DNA of 29,893 nt from Cyanobacteria bacterium P01_A01_bin.123 (GCA_039815185.1 JBCBZT010000073.1:1-29893); one strand, 5' to 3'; positions 16,336-25,975 are shown, counted from the stretch's first letter. The notes: a model not told the origin generated them from the letters alone. Numbers and translations are program-made.

Positions 16336-16587
16336 GATGTTTCTTCAACATTAGGTATCACTGTGCTCAGAATAGCTCTCAATCCGCAGCGTTGAAACAA
16401 ATGGGGAAGGAAGCCGTGTTTCGGGTTTTCTCCAGAAAAACTTTACATGATGAGGCTTTTTTCATGGTGCGCTAATATATCTGCATTGCCCAATCAGGTT
16501 ACTGACATAGACCTTTGGGTTTTATAGTTTGAGGAACCTTTGGGCTCCAAAATCTGTCTAAGTGCACGTTCGTTTTGATCAGTATCC

Positions 16588-17304
16588 GTGGCCTCTTCTC
16601 TTCCCCCCGACCGGCCCAATTCAACGCTTTCGGTTTCTGCTGAGCGTCGCCGTGCGGATCATGGTCCCTTGCTGATTACGGCGCTAATGATGCTGGGCGT
16701 TTCCTGGATAATCACTCAATGGATGCCAGATCAAGGCTACGATTCATCGTCCTTTCAATCCGGCTGGGCGACTAAACCGGCTCCTTTAGAGATGCAGGGC
16801 GGCGATCCTCATATTCGGGCGTTGATGCGCACGATCTCAGCGAGTGAATCGAACACCGCTGAGCCCTATCATGTCATTTATGGGGGGCAACATGTGAAAG
16901 ATTTGAGTCAGCATCCTGAGATTTGTGTTGATATTGCCTCGGGCCCCAATGCCGGCAATTGTTCCACCGCCGCAGGACGCTATCAGTTTTTAGATAAAAC
17001 CTGGCTCGATAAGGCTAAACGTTACCACCCCAAGCCGCCATCTTGGATTGGCTTTTGGCAAGAGTACAGCTTTGAACCCGAGTTTCAAGATCAGGTAGTT
17101 TATCGCTGGTTAGCTGATGATAATGCCTGGGGCGGTATCGATATTGCAGAGCTATTGAGCCAGGGAGAAGTTGACCATGTATTTGAGATGCTCTCAGGCA
17201 CTTGGACGAGCTTAGGCTACGGCATTGAAGATAATGTAGTGACGCCACAGTTAGCTAGGATCTATCAAGAAATGCTGCAAGAAGAGCTAGCCACCCAGGG
17301 ATGA
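16588..17304 (+). CDS. Membrane-anchored lambda-lysozyme-like muramidase/lytic transglycosylase (GH104-like)
   Basis: RALMRTISASES (catalytic Glu), STAAGRYQFL..TW, F.P..QD and W.SL motifs, with an N-terminal TM helix. Confidence 0.85.
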   Translation: MASSLPPDRPNSTLSVSAERRRADHGPLLITALMMLGVSWIITQWMPDQGYDSSSFQSGWATKPAPLEMQGGDPHIRALMRTISASESNTAEPYHVIYGGQHVKDLSQHPEICVDIASGPNAGNCSTAAGRYQFLDKTWLDKAKRYHPKPPSWIGFWQEYSFEPEFQDQVVYRWLADDNAWGGIDIAELLSQGEVDHVFEMLSGTWTSLGYGIEDNVVTPQLARIYQEMLQEELATQG

Positions 17305-17374
17305 TTGCCTTGAAAACAAGACTAATGCTAATGCAATTTCATCACTCATAAAAGATCATAAGGTCAGCAAGAAG

Positions 17375-18052
17375 ATGATTTCGCATGAATATCAGTGCAT
17401 TTTTGTCCATATCCCAAAATGTGCAGGAACGAGTATTGAAAATGCACTAGGGCACTTTAAAGGCCATACTGGCAGGGGCGGTCAAGATCATCGAAGTATT
17501 AGGCTGATTGAACAGCCTCTAGTCAACTCAAATCTTTTTTCATCTCCGGAAAATCTTTCTGAAGTTATAGAAAGAATACGTCATCAATATCGTTCTGGTA
17601 TGAATCCGCGAAACAAGCTGACTGTTACGAAGGAACAATACAAATGCTACTATAAATTCACTTTTATTCGAAACCCTTGGTCACGAGCCTACTCGTGGTA
17701 CAAGAACGTGATACGAGATGATATTCATAAAAAGAATGATCGGGTTACTCAACATCTTTCATTGAATGAGTTTCTTAAGCGATATTCAGGGAAAGGTATG
17801 TTGAGACCACAGACCTATTGGCTCAAGGATTTTAGTGGTTCGATTCCTCTAGATTATATTGGTCGGTTTGAAAGTCTGGTCGAAGATTTTCAAAAAGTGT
17901 GTCGATCGATGCATATTCCACAGCTTGAGCTTGCCCATGAAATTAAAGGTACGGGCGAAGATTATCGTCAATACTATGATCATGAGTCTATCAACCTGGT
18001 TATGGAAGTCTATCAGGAAGAGATAGAACTGTTCGGCTACTCGTTTGACTGA
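17375..18052 (+). CDS. Sulfotransferase family 2 protein
   Basis: PAPS-binding FVHIPKCAGTSI and FIRNPWSRAYSWY motifs, and DYIGRFESL. The DNA is visibly AT-rich. Confidence 0.88.
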   Translation: MISHEYQCIFVHIPKCAGTSIENALGHFKGHTGRGGQDHRSIRLIEQPLVNSNLFSSPENLSEVIERIRHQYRSGMNPRNKLTVTKEQYKCYYKFTFIRNPWSRAYSWYKNVIRDDIHKKNDRVTQHLSLNEFLKRYSGKGMLRPQTYWLKDFSGSIPLDYIGRFESLVEDFQKVCRSMHIPQLELAHEIKGTGEDYRQYYDHESINLVMEVYQEEIELFGYSFD

Positions 18053-18069
18053 TCAATTGAATCCTTGAT

Positions 18070-18771
18070 TTATTCTTTCTGAAAAATAACGGATAGATTG
18101 TTGGCGGGCATAGGGATGGTTTGCTGATGGCGTAATTGCTGCGATCGCGCCAGATCCACCACGACTTCTAACTGACGAATCCCCCAGCGTTCATCCCGCG
18201 CTTTTAAGCTTTGATCGAAGGCTAAATTGCTCGGCGCAGTGGGTGCAGTTTGCTGAAAGAAAGGGCCATAGAGGTAGAGAATGCCGCCAGATGGCAACAG
18301 CCGAGCGGCTCCGGCCATCAGTCCTTCACAGGCTGTCCATGGGGCAATGTGAATCATGTTGATATTGACGATGGCTGCAATCATGCTGCGGTCAAAATCA
18401 CTTTGCTGCAACGGTTCTGGCAGTGGATCTTGCTCAATTGACCAGGGGTTAGCGCTGGCGTCTAAATTAACGGGTGGATAGCAGTTGTTTTCAGGACAAG
18501 CTGTTTGCCATGCGACAATGCTGTCACGCGCCAATGGGTTGGGGTCAGAGGGGAGCCAATTCAGATAAGGCATCAGAGGGGCAAAGAAAACGCTGTGCTC
18601 CCCTGTACCGCTGGAAATTTCCAGCACCGTTTTACCTTGGAACCGTTCGGTCGGTAAAACCTGCTGCAGCACAGCCAAAATGGACTCTCGATTACGCTGG
18701 GTCGCTGGCGCATATTGGCGGGCATCTTCAGAAGTCATAGGCACAGGAGATGAGGTTCGGATACCTGGCAT
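18070..18771 (-). CDS. DUF938 class I SAM-dependent methyltransferase
   Basis: APATQRNRESIL, VLEISSGTGEH, NMIHIAPW, YGPF, SNLAFDQSL, MPANNL. The true start may be 18738. Confidence 0.9.
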   Translation of the reverse strand: MPGIRTSSPVPMTSEDARQYAPATQRNRESILAVLQQVLPTERFQGKTVLEISSGTGEHSVFFAPLMPYLNWLPSDPNPLARDSIVAWQTACPENNCYPPVNLDASANPWSIEQDPLPEPLQQSDFDRSMIAAIVNINMIHIAPWTACEGLMAGAARLLPSGGILYLYGPFFQQTAPTAPSNLAFDQSLKARDERWGIRQLEVVVDLARSQQLRHQQTIPMPANNLSVIFQKE

Positions 18772-18863
18772 AGTATGACACCGGAGAGCCTACTATGATG
18801 AATCTAGATTTAGTTGTAAAACTCCCCATTGCCCAATACTCAACCACAGGAGGATGGCCCAGA

Positions 18864-19208
18864 ATGCAAAGCACCTATGATTCTGACAAGCGCAAATTTT
18901 TGTCGGCATTGAGCCATGGTTCGATATTTCTGAGTGCCTTGATTGTCTCAGCTGGTATACCCTTGGCCATCTGGTTTATCTCAGACGATTCGGTAGTTAA
19001 AGACAGTGCCCAGGAGGCTCTCAACTTTCACCTCAACGTCTGGGCCTATGGGATCGTGTTTGGGTTGTTGACGCTGCTACTGATTGGTTATCCCCTGTTA
19101 GGTATTTTGTTCGTTGTGCAGATTTTGATGCCGATCTTGGCTATTATCAAAGCTCTGCGTAATCCTGAGGAAGCTTATCGTTATCCCTTCATCTTCCGAG
19201 TGCTCTAA
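18864..19208 (+). CDS. DUF4870 small membrane protein
   Basis: LSALSHG, AQEALNFHL and YRYPFIFR motifs. AGGAGG at 18848-18853 precedes the ATG at 18864. Confidence 0.85.
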   Translation: MQSTYDSDKRKFLSALSHGSIFLSALIVSAGIPLAIWFISDDSVVKDSAQEALNFHLNVWAYGIVFGLLTLLLIGYPLLGILFVVQILMPILAIIKALRNPEEAYRYPFIFRVL

Positions 19209-19245
19209 GGGAACGCTTCATATTTAACTTAATTGCTTCAATTAA

Positions 19246-19287
19246 ACTCAGTAAGTGTCCAAACAGGTTCTTGCTGAGTATTTTTTT
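19246..19287 (+). terminator. Possible intrinsic terminator after the DUF4870 gene
   Basis: 10-bp stem ACTCAGTAAG/CTTGCTGAGT with a 14-nt loop, followed by ATTTTTTT. Confidence 0.55.
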
Positions 19288-19317
19288 GATCTTCTAACAA
19301 ACGTCTATCCCCACCCC

Positions 19318-19453
19318 ATGGCTAACCGCACCCAGTTCGCTATTGGCACGTTTAATCTGTACAACTTAAACCGCCCTGGTTTACCGATTTACGCTGATGC
19401 TGACGGCTGGGATACAGCAGCCTACGAACGTAAGTTGGTGTGGATCCACAATA
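19318..19453 (+). pseudogene. N-terminal remnant of an endonuclease/exonuclease/phosphatase (EEP) family gene
   Basis: MANRTQFAIGTFNLYNLNRPGLPIY...GWDTAAYERKLVW shows the EEP first strand (TFNLYNL). Similarity ends where the convergent gene's stop begins (19454). Confidence 0.65.
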
Positions 19454-20158
19454 CTATTCTGAGAATCGCCGCCACTGGCCAGGTGGTGGTGTTAAAAACT
19501 CATAGCTTCCTGCCGCCGTCCCTGCTGCCGCCGTCAACACAATATCAAACGATAAAGACACCCGCAGCTCCTCTGCGTGGTTCATCGTTACCCCATGGCG
19601 CTGTTTGGCTGGGAAAATGATCAGCCGCCCTTCCGTTGGCAGATAGAGGGCTTGATCTTGATTTAGGTCGTTCCAACTGGTGATGATATTCGTATTTTCG
19701 CTCCCCAAGCCAGGGCTTACCTCATTCATCCGGGCATCATCAATGAAAGTCAAACAGCCTGACTGATCCGTCCCCGACTCTGGCACCGCCACGTAATACA
19801 CGGCGCTAATGTGGGCCGTATTGTGACAGTGCAGCCCCACTTCCTGTTGGTGTCGCGAGATCACGGGCCAAGCCCGCTGAATATACAGTTCAACCTGGCT
19901 GAGATCGAAGCCTAACGCCTGCAGGTAAATGACGGTATGGGCCTCGACTTGTCCGACAATCCAGTCAAAGCGCGGATCCGTATGGATTTGCTCGACGCCA
20001 TGAAGATCCCCTGTCCAGGCCATTTCTGGAAAATTACGGCGTTTGCCCACGGCCTGTTCAAGCTGGAGGACAGCTGTTAGCATTGCCGCCTTGTGTTGAG
20101 GGGCCTCTGGTAAATCCTTGTAATAGACGGCCAGGGGAAACCAGGTATTAATAGGCAT
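19454..20158 (-). CDS. Putative 2OG-Fe(II) oxygenase (TIGR02466-like)
   Basis: HCHNTAHISAVYYV, IIFPAKQRHGV and RVSLSFDI give an HxH...H triad plus the RxS motif. Confidence 0.85.
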   Translation of the reverse strand: MPINTWFPLAVYYKDLPEAPQHKAAMLTAVLQLEQAVGKRRNFPEMAWTGDLHGVEQIHTDPRFDWIVGQVEAHTVIYLQALGFDLSQVELYIQRAWPVISRHQQEVGLHCHNTAHISAVYYVAVPESGTDQSGCLTFIDDARMNEVSPGLGSENTNIITSWNDLNQDQALYLPTEGRLIIFPAKQRHGVTMNHAEELRVSLSFDIVLTAAAGTAAGSYEFLTPPPGQWRRFSE

Positions 20159-20371
20159 TGGGTCGCAGCGCTGAAAATTGCCCTTGGATTGTATAGGGAA
20201 AGATAGATGACGAACTACGGAGGGTTTTCCTGATTTCCGTTGGATCTGACTGAACTTTGAATTAATCGCTCATCGTAATTTTCAGCCAGACTGCCCCCGG
20301 TCTTATCCTTGCCCCCGGAAAACGGCTGGCTTGCTTAGCTCAAAATTCACTATCAATCTTAAGGGGACATC

Positions 20372-22807
20372 GTGACACAGCATCGTTGGCGAAACTGGAC
20401 AGAATATGCCCTTCTGCTGGGCTCTGGGGCAGGGACAGCGGCTTCAGTCGTGACTCAGCAATTACTCTTTGCATCTGCACCGTTGACCGTGTTGGTGGCG
20501 ATGGGGATGCTCAACCGCCGTCGCTTAGAACAGCAAGTAGACCAGGCGACAGAGGGCCAGATTGGAGAAAATCAGCGGCTATTAGATGATGTCAGCGTGC
20601 TGCAAGAGCGGGTCGCGGGTATGCCAACACCAGAATCGCTAACGGATTTCCAGCGATCAGTGATGGCCCACAGCGATCGCGCGATTTTGCGCTTCTCCCG
20701 GGAGATTGATAAAAGCCGCCAACACCTTGAACAGCGGATGCAAGCCATTGAAGCGCCAGATTTGAGCCAGTTTTACGAGGACATGGGGGGCCTACAGGCT
20801 CAGTACAACGATTTGTGCAGTTCGCTAAACACGCTGACCAACCAAGTCCAGCGACTCTCTAAAGTTCCCCGCATGGAAGCGGCTGAGGGCTCTATTTCCC
20901 ATCTCAAAACTGAAATGATGCAGATGCGCGTGTCCTTGGAAAATTTGGGTGCTGATACCAAAACTAATTTGTCTACTTTGCAAAATAGTGTCAGCCACTT
21001 TGAACGGCGGCTGCGTCAGGCACAACCCCAGAGTGATCCCGGGTTGATTAAAGAAGAGGTGCATGAACTGATTAAGACAGTCTCAGATTTAGTGCCCCGA
21101 CGGGATTTTATGGTCTTGAGCGATCGGTTGCAGGCGTTTAGTCAGCAGCAAGCAAGTTTGAAGGAAGCGCTGCAAAATTTGCAATCTGCAGCGATGGGGC
21201 AACCCACGACTAAAATATTGACGCCCCAGACTGCATCGCCCCAGGTGGAGATAGCCGCCCAGACCCAACAAAACTTTCAGCGCCAAATTGATCGGCTTAA
21301 CAATGACCTGATTGCTTTGGAGTTGCGCTTAAATCAGGGAGAGAGCCCCCATCAACTGCAGAGCACCGTTCAACAATCGGTCACTGATTATGTCAGTCGC
21401 CTGCAAGCGCAAATTGATTACTTGGCCCAGGTCAATCAAGCCCTAAGCGGGCAACAACAAGAAATCCAGCAGCTGTTGCAGCAATTGTCGGGGATGCCTG
21501 CGGAAGGCTCACTCCAGGGTGCGTTGCCAGAGCCGTCCCGACAAAATCCTTTAGCAGATCAAATTACCTCGCTCAACTTCCGGATTGAGTTGACTGAAGC
21601 TCAGCTGGATAAAGTGCAGCAGCAGTTGACCCAGGTAGACCCCCAATCCAGTGTCCAATCTACACGTCAACCCACAAACCAGTGGATTGTTGATTTTCAA
21701 GTGGGATCCAATGTAAGGGGTCAGGCGGCCTCAGGCAGTCGGCGATCGCTGGAACATGCCATAGCCCAAACCCAAGAGCGTTTAATTGTAGTTTGGCCTT
21801 GGGCCGAATCTTGTGAGCTAGATGAATTGATGGTGAACCAGTTTCGTCAGCTGCTTGTGCGGGAAGGGGTGTTAGAAATTGGCTGGTGTCATGTTGGCGA
21901 TCGCCGGGAAGGTCGCCTCCTGGCTGCCATTAGCCAACGCTGGAAAATCGAATCGACCCAAAAGCAGTTGCTTAAACAGGCTCTAAATCAGCTGCTACCG
22001 CTCAAACAAGAGTTTCCCGATCAGTTTAAGTTCAAAATTTTGGGCACTGATGAAAACTTTTTAGTGTGCGATCGCCGCTTTGCCGTCCTCGGCGTTGAAC
22101 CGATGCAAACGGTTAACAGCGTATTTCCGCGTTTGGGTTTAAAGCTCCACACCGACGATCGTAATGTTGTGCAGCAACTCACCCAACGGTTTGACGCCCC
22201 CACCCTAGACTCGCAGGATGTCTGTGCTTACTTTAACCGGGGCATTACCCGCTATGACCTGGGCGATCTCAAAGGGGCACTGCTCGACTTTAATCAAGTG
22301 ATTCAGCTCGACCCACAAGACGGGGTGGCCTATACCAACTGTGGGGTCATCTATGCTCAATTAGGACAGATTGAACAGGCGATCGCGTCCTTTTCCCAAG
22401 CCATTCACCATGAGCCTTGTAGTTTTGCCGCTTACTGTAACCGGGGATATTTCCATCTAGAGCAGGGCAACTACTTTGCCGCCATTGACGATTTTGACCA
22501 GGCAATTCAGTGCCAGCCTTCCTCTCCCATTCCCTATTTTTATCGGGGGAGTGCTCGTCAAAAACAGGGGGCACTCCGGGACGCGATCGCAGACTACAGC
22601 GCTGCCATCGAGCGCAATCGGCAAAACATTGCTCTTCCCTATTGCTATCGCAGCGCCGCTTATCAAAAGCAGGCCGCGATCGACGATGCGATCGCCGATT
22701 TAGAAGTCGCCACCCAATACTTAGAAGCCCAAAATGACCCTAAAAACCTGGCGTTGCTACGGCGTACCCTGGAAAAGCTTTACCGTACCCATACGGCTGT
22801 GGTTTAG
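20372..22807 (+). CDS. Membrane-anchored coiled-coil protein with a degenerate PLD-like domain and C-terminal TPRs
   Basis: Two N-terminal hydrophobic segments, a long Q/L-rich coiled coil, RLIVVWPW...EIGW...GTDENFLVCD..FAVLG, then about five 34-aa TPRs. Confidence 0.8.
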   Translation: MTQHRWRNWTEYALLLGSGAGTAASVVTQQLLFASAPLTVLVAMGMLNRRRLEQQVDQATEGQIGENQRLLDDVSVLQERVAGMPTPESLTDFQRSVMAHSDRAILRFSREIDKSRQHLEQRMQAIEAPDLSQFYEDMGGLQAQYNDLCSSLNTLTNQVQRLSKVPRMEAAEGSISHLKTEMMQMRVSLENLGADTKTNLSTLQNSVSHFERRLRQAQPQSDPGLIKEEVHELIKTVSDLVPRRDFMVLSDRLQAFSQQQASLKEALQNLQSAAMGQPTTKILTPQTASPQVEIAAQTQQNFQRQIDRLNNDLIALELRLNQGESPHQLQSTVQQSVTDYVSRLQAQIDYLAQVNQALSGQQQEIQQLLQQLSGMPAEGSLQGALPEPSRQNPLADQITSLNFRIELTEAQLDKVQQQLTQVDPQSSVQSTRQPTNQWIVDFQVGSNVRGQAASGSRRSLEHAIAQTQERLIVVWPWAESCELDELMVNQFRQLLVREGVLEIGWCHVGDRREGRLLAAISQRWKIESTQKQLLKQALNQLLPLKQEFPDQFKFKILGTDENFLVCDRRFAVLGVEPMQTVNSVFPRLGLKLHTDDRNVVQQLTQRFDAPTLDSQDVCAYFNRGITRYDLGDLKGALLDFNQVIQLDPQDGVAYTNCGVIYAQLGQIEQAIASFSQAIHHEPCSFAAYCNRGYFHLEQGNYFAAIDDFDQAIQCQPSSPIPYFYRGSARQKQGALRDAIADYSAAIERNRQNIALPYCYRSAAYQKQAAIDDAIADLEVATQYLEAQNDPKNLALLRRTLEKLYRTHTAVV

Positions 22808-22813
22808 AACAGT

Positions 22814-23989
22814 TTATTGGCCAAACCGAATCTTAAGATAGTCATCCTCCATCTTGGCGCCTGCTGGTTTCAGGGCAGCCAAAGCTTGAGGTAGCACCAA
22901 GTTACGACGGTGGTTGCCAATCCGGATATTTAATTCGTCAGCGGTTTTGCTGAGCTCGATTTTATCTTTTGCAATCCCTGGCAGGTAAACTTCCAGACTA
23001 TATTGCTCGGCATCTTGCACCACACGCAGGGTGGTTTCCTTGTAGTACACCTGGGCTGGATCTTCCTCCCCATATAGAGTTGTCTTCAGGCGCTCTAGGG
23101 CTTCAAGGCCGCACATCTCTTCAGAATAGAGGGGCACTTCCTTCACCGGCAGCGGGTGGAAGTTCTCATGAATTTCTTGGCGATACTGCTCTTGGTTTTC
23201 CTTCCACCGCTGAAAGAAAGGATCGGTCACCGAGTCTGGAATAATCCGGTTAGCGACCACCAGATCGGTGCCGACATTGTACAAACTTAGATAGGCATGG
23301 GCACGCAGGGATTCTTTGATCACCATGCGCTCAGGGTTCGTTACCAAGCGCACCGAGGTGACGGTGGGATCAGTCAACACTTTTTCCAGTGCTTCAAGCT
23401 GTTCGTAAAACTCGTAGGGGGCATCCATCACTTCTTTATTGGGTAGCGAAAACCCCGCCACTGGACGAAATAGCGGTTCCACAATGGGGCGCAACACTGC
23501 TGAAACGGTCTGCAAAGGCTTATAAAACCGCCGCATGTACCAGCCAGCTACTTCAGGTAAGCTCAAGAGCCTGAGTGCGGTTCCTGTCGGGGCGGAGTCG
23601 ATGATCAATACATCGAATTCGTTCTCATCGTAGTGGCGTTTCATCCGCACCAGACTGAAGATTTCATCCATCCCAGGCAAAATTGCCAGTTCTTCAGCTT
23701 CGACCCCTTCTAAACCCCGAGCCTGCAATACTTGAGTAATGTAACGTTTCACGGCGCCCCAATTCCCTTCTAGCTCCATCAAGGCATCCAGTTCAGCGCC
23801 CCAAAGATTGGGCTTCACCTGGCAGGGGGCGTGGGACAGTTCTTGGTCAAAGCTATCGGCCAAAGAGTGAGCTGGATCAGTGCTGAGCACGAGTGTTTTA
23901 TAGCCCAGTTCTGCACAGCGCAATCCGGTAGCTGCCGCTACGGAAGTCTTGCCAACGCCACCCTTTCCAGTCATCAAAATTACGCGCAT
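22814..23989 (-). CDS. ArsA/Get3 (TRC40) family ATPase with C-terminal HSP20-like domain
   Basis: [31 protein letters not shown], and an alpha-crystallin-like tail. Confidence 0.92.
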   Translation of the reverse strand: MRVILMTGKGGVGKTSVAAATGLRCAELGYKTLVLSTDPAHSLADSFDQELSHAPCQVKPNLWGAELDALMELEGNWGAVKRYITQVLQARGLEGVEAEELAILPGMDEIFSLVRMKRHYDENEFDVLIIDSAPTGTALRLLSLPEVAGWYMRRFYKPLQTVSAVLRPIVEPLFRPVAGFSLPNKEVMDAPYEFYEQLEALEKVLTDPTVTSVRLVTNPERMVIKESLRAHAYLSLYNVGTDLVVANRIIPDSVTDPFFQRWKENQEQYRQEIHENFHPLPVKEVPLYSEEMCGLEALERLKTTLYGEEDPAQVYYKETTLRVVQDAEQYSLEVYLPGIAKDKIELSKTADELNIRIGNHRRNLVLPQALAALKPAGAKMEDDYLKIRFGQ

Positions 23990-24146
23990 GGGAAGTTTTG
24001 CCCTGTCTCAGAAAATCTCAGAAAAATCAAACCTTGTGCACATCCAGATTCCCAATTTTCCCTGAGCTAGAAACTCAAGTTCTCAAATCGGATGTGGTTT
24101 ACACGCCTTTACTGTATCGAGTTTCTCAATGATTCGGGTAGCTCGC

Positions 24147-24560
24147 TTAAAATGCACAGGAGGTTGGCAGAGGCGGTTGGGTTGCAATTTCGGGTGCCAG
24201 GGGCACAGAAAACTCTACGGTTTGGAAGCCCTCGTTAACGTTGCCTTGCAAGGCGATCGCGCCATAGCCTGGCCGATCAGTCTGGTCGCCTGCAAAATGG
24301 CCGCGGACAATCACCACTTCAGTTGGGTCAATCGGAACCGGGCCACCAGAGCGGGTAAAGGGTTGTTCATTCACATGACTGTGGGCCAAAATGCGGCGAT
24401 AGCGTAGTTCGCCCGTTGAGGTGATTACCTCCCACCAGTCGGCATAGGCATCGCAGCCTGTATCATCACTGCGTAACGTCACAGAGAAAATATAGCGACC
24501 GGGTTGCCCACTGACTTCGACGGTCGTGACGGCGACGGCATCTGTTGTATTGGATATCAT
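24147..24560 (-). CDS. Conserved hypothetical protein (DTGC..YADWWEV...RRILAHSHV.EQPFTRSGGP family); N-terminus anomalous
   Basis: Distinctive conserved-looking motif. The reading frame stays open upstream to 24668 without an ATG/GTG/TTG. Confidence 0.7.
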   Translation of the reverse strand: MISNTTDAVAVTTVEVSGQPGRYIFSVTLRSDDTGCDAYADWWEVITSTGELRYRRILAHSHVNEQPFTRSGGPVPIDPTEVVIVRGHFAGDQTDRPGYGAIALQGNVNEGFQTVEFSVPLAPEIATQPPLPTSCAF

Positions 24561-24658
24561 GGCTGGCTCAGGGATGGAAACTGGGGCACTTTCACGGTCA
24601 TTGGTAGTTGTTGTCGGGGCCGAACTATCTGTTACCGCGGTATCCGCACTGTCACGCC

Positions 24659-25975
24659 TTACTCCCCCTCAACCGATTCGGTTCGGGGTAGCGTGATAGC
24701 GCTAAATGTGTAAGCTTGACCGTTGTGAGTGATAACTGGCAACACTGTTGACGCGGGCTCTTCAGGGTCAATGGTTAAGGCCTCAGGCTTGGCGGCGTTG
24801 GCAACAGGGGGTTGCGGACTAACTGGCACTTGGGTAATGGGAAACAAGACCTGGGCCACCTGAGTCTGATTTTGTAATTCCTCGGTTGAAGACACCAACC
24901 CACTTAGACCATTGACCAAATTGCGAATATTGTCGCGAAAGGTTGGGTCTCCCGTGAGTTCATCGATGTCTGCCATGATCTTTTGGGCACTTTGAAACAC
25001 ATCTCGGGCAGACGCTAAGGTTTGCTGCAACATGATCAAATTCTCGGGGGTGTTGAAGGCATCGGTAATCTCGCGAATATTTTCCGAAGCGATCGCAGCA
25101 TTGGCCGAGAGAATTTCCAAATTGCTTAAAAACTCACCGTCTTGGATAGCTGGCGTCACGGTGTCCAGAATCGTGCGCAAGCGCGCGCTGCTAACGCTGA
25201 GGTTGTCCAGGGTGGTTGTGATGTTGGTTCGATTGGCCGCCAGTAAAACCCTGGCCTCTGCTGCCGTCAACTCAATCTCTTGGGCGGCACCCCCTGCAGA
25301 AACAGCAGCATCCGTGGCTGCGGCTAGGGTGCGTTGGGCTCCAGCAGAGAGGGGAGCAATTTCCTGCCGCAGATCCTGGGTCAGGACGGTCAACTCTGCA
25401 CTCAGGTCAATAAAGTTCTCGGTAATTTGGCTAGTATTGTTGGCGATCGCTTTAATGTCTTCAATCAACTCTGGATCAGAGAGGGCCTTGGAGATTTGGT
25501 CAGCGGATCGAATCAATGTGTCATAGCTAATGCCTTCACGACCGGGTAAGAAATCTCCATCGCAAGCAATCAGCGTGGCGTCACAGTCTTCACCATAAGG
25601 ACTCAACCCCACTGCGCTATCGGGAATTGTGGCTTGGGGGACGATGGTAATGATGGTTTCGCCAATCAGACCAGACTGGTTGGTTTCGACCACCGACTCC
25701 TTCGGGATGACAAATCCAGGTTGGGTAATCTCGATCGTGACATCGACAACATTCGTCTTGGCTTCGATGCTGACAATGCGACCAATGGCGACCCCACGAT
25801 AGTTCACCGCAGTGCCTACCTGTAAGCCTGCCGTGGTCTCAAGGGAAGATTGGAGGGTGTAGCTGCGGCTGCCGGGATTCAACCCCCTAAGCCAGATCAC
25901 TAATATGCCAAACAGACCCACCCCGATCAAAATCAGCAAACCAACTGAACCTTCTCGCAGCGTTCGTGTTCGCAT
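24659..25975 (-). CDS. mlaD: MlaD/MCE family protein (Ycf22/TGD2-like)
   Basis: REGSVGLLIL TM segment, GLQVGTAVNYRGVAIG, NQSGLIGE, and a long helical tail. Confidence 0.92.
   Translation of the reverse strand: MRTRTLREGSVGLLILIGVGLFGILVIWLRGLNPGSRSYTLQSSLETTAGLQVGTAVNYRGVAIGRIVSIEAKTNVVDVTIEITQPGFVIPKESVVETNQSGLIGETIITIVPQATIPDSAVGLSPYGEDCDATLIACDGDFLPGREGISYDTLIRSADQISKALSDPELIEDIKAIANNTSQITENFIDLSAELTVLTQDLRQEIAPLSAGAQRTLAAATDAAVSAGGAAQEIELTAAEARVLLAANRTNITTTLDNLSVSSARLRTILDTVTPAIQDGEFLSNLEILSANAAIASENIREITDAFNTPENLIMLQQTLASARDVFQSAQKIMADIDELTGDPTFRDNIRNLVNGLSGLVSSTEELQNQTQVAQVLFPITQVPVSPQPPVANAAKPEALTIDPEEPASTVLPVITHNGQAYTFSAITLPRTESVEGE

Noticed and set aside
16588..17304. Prophage lysis cassette
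   Set aside because: No holin, spanin, structural or integrase genes nearby; the flanks are ordinary chromosomal genes.
22814..23989. Arsenic resistance operon
   Set aside because: Single-domain Get3-like ATPase with an HSP20-like tail, and no arsR/B/C/D neighbours.
24006..24126. TCTCAGAAAA tandem 10-mer and short inverted repeats upstream of the ArsA/Get3 gene
   Set aside because: Too short and low-complexity to distinguish from chance without comparative data.
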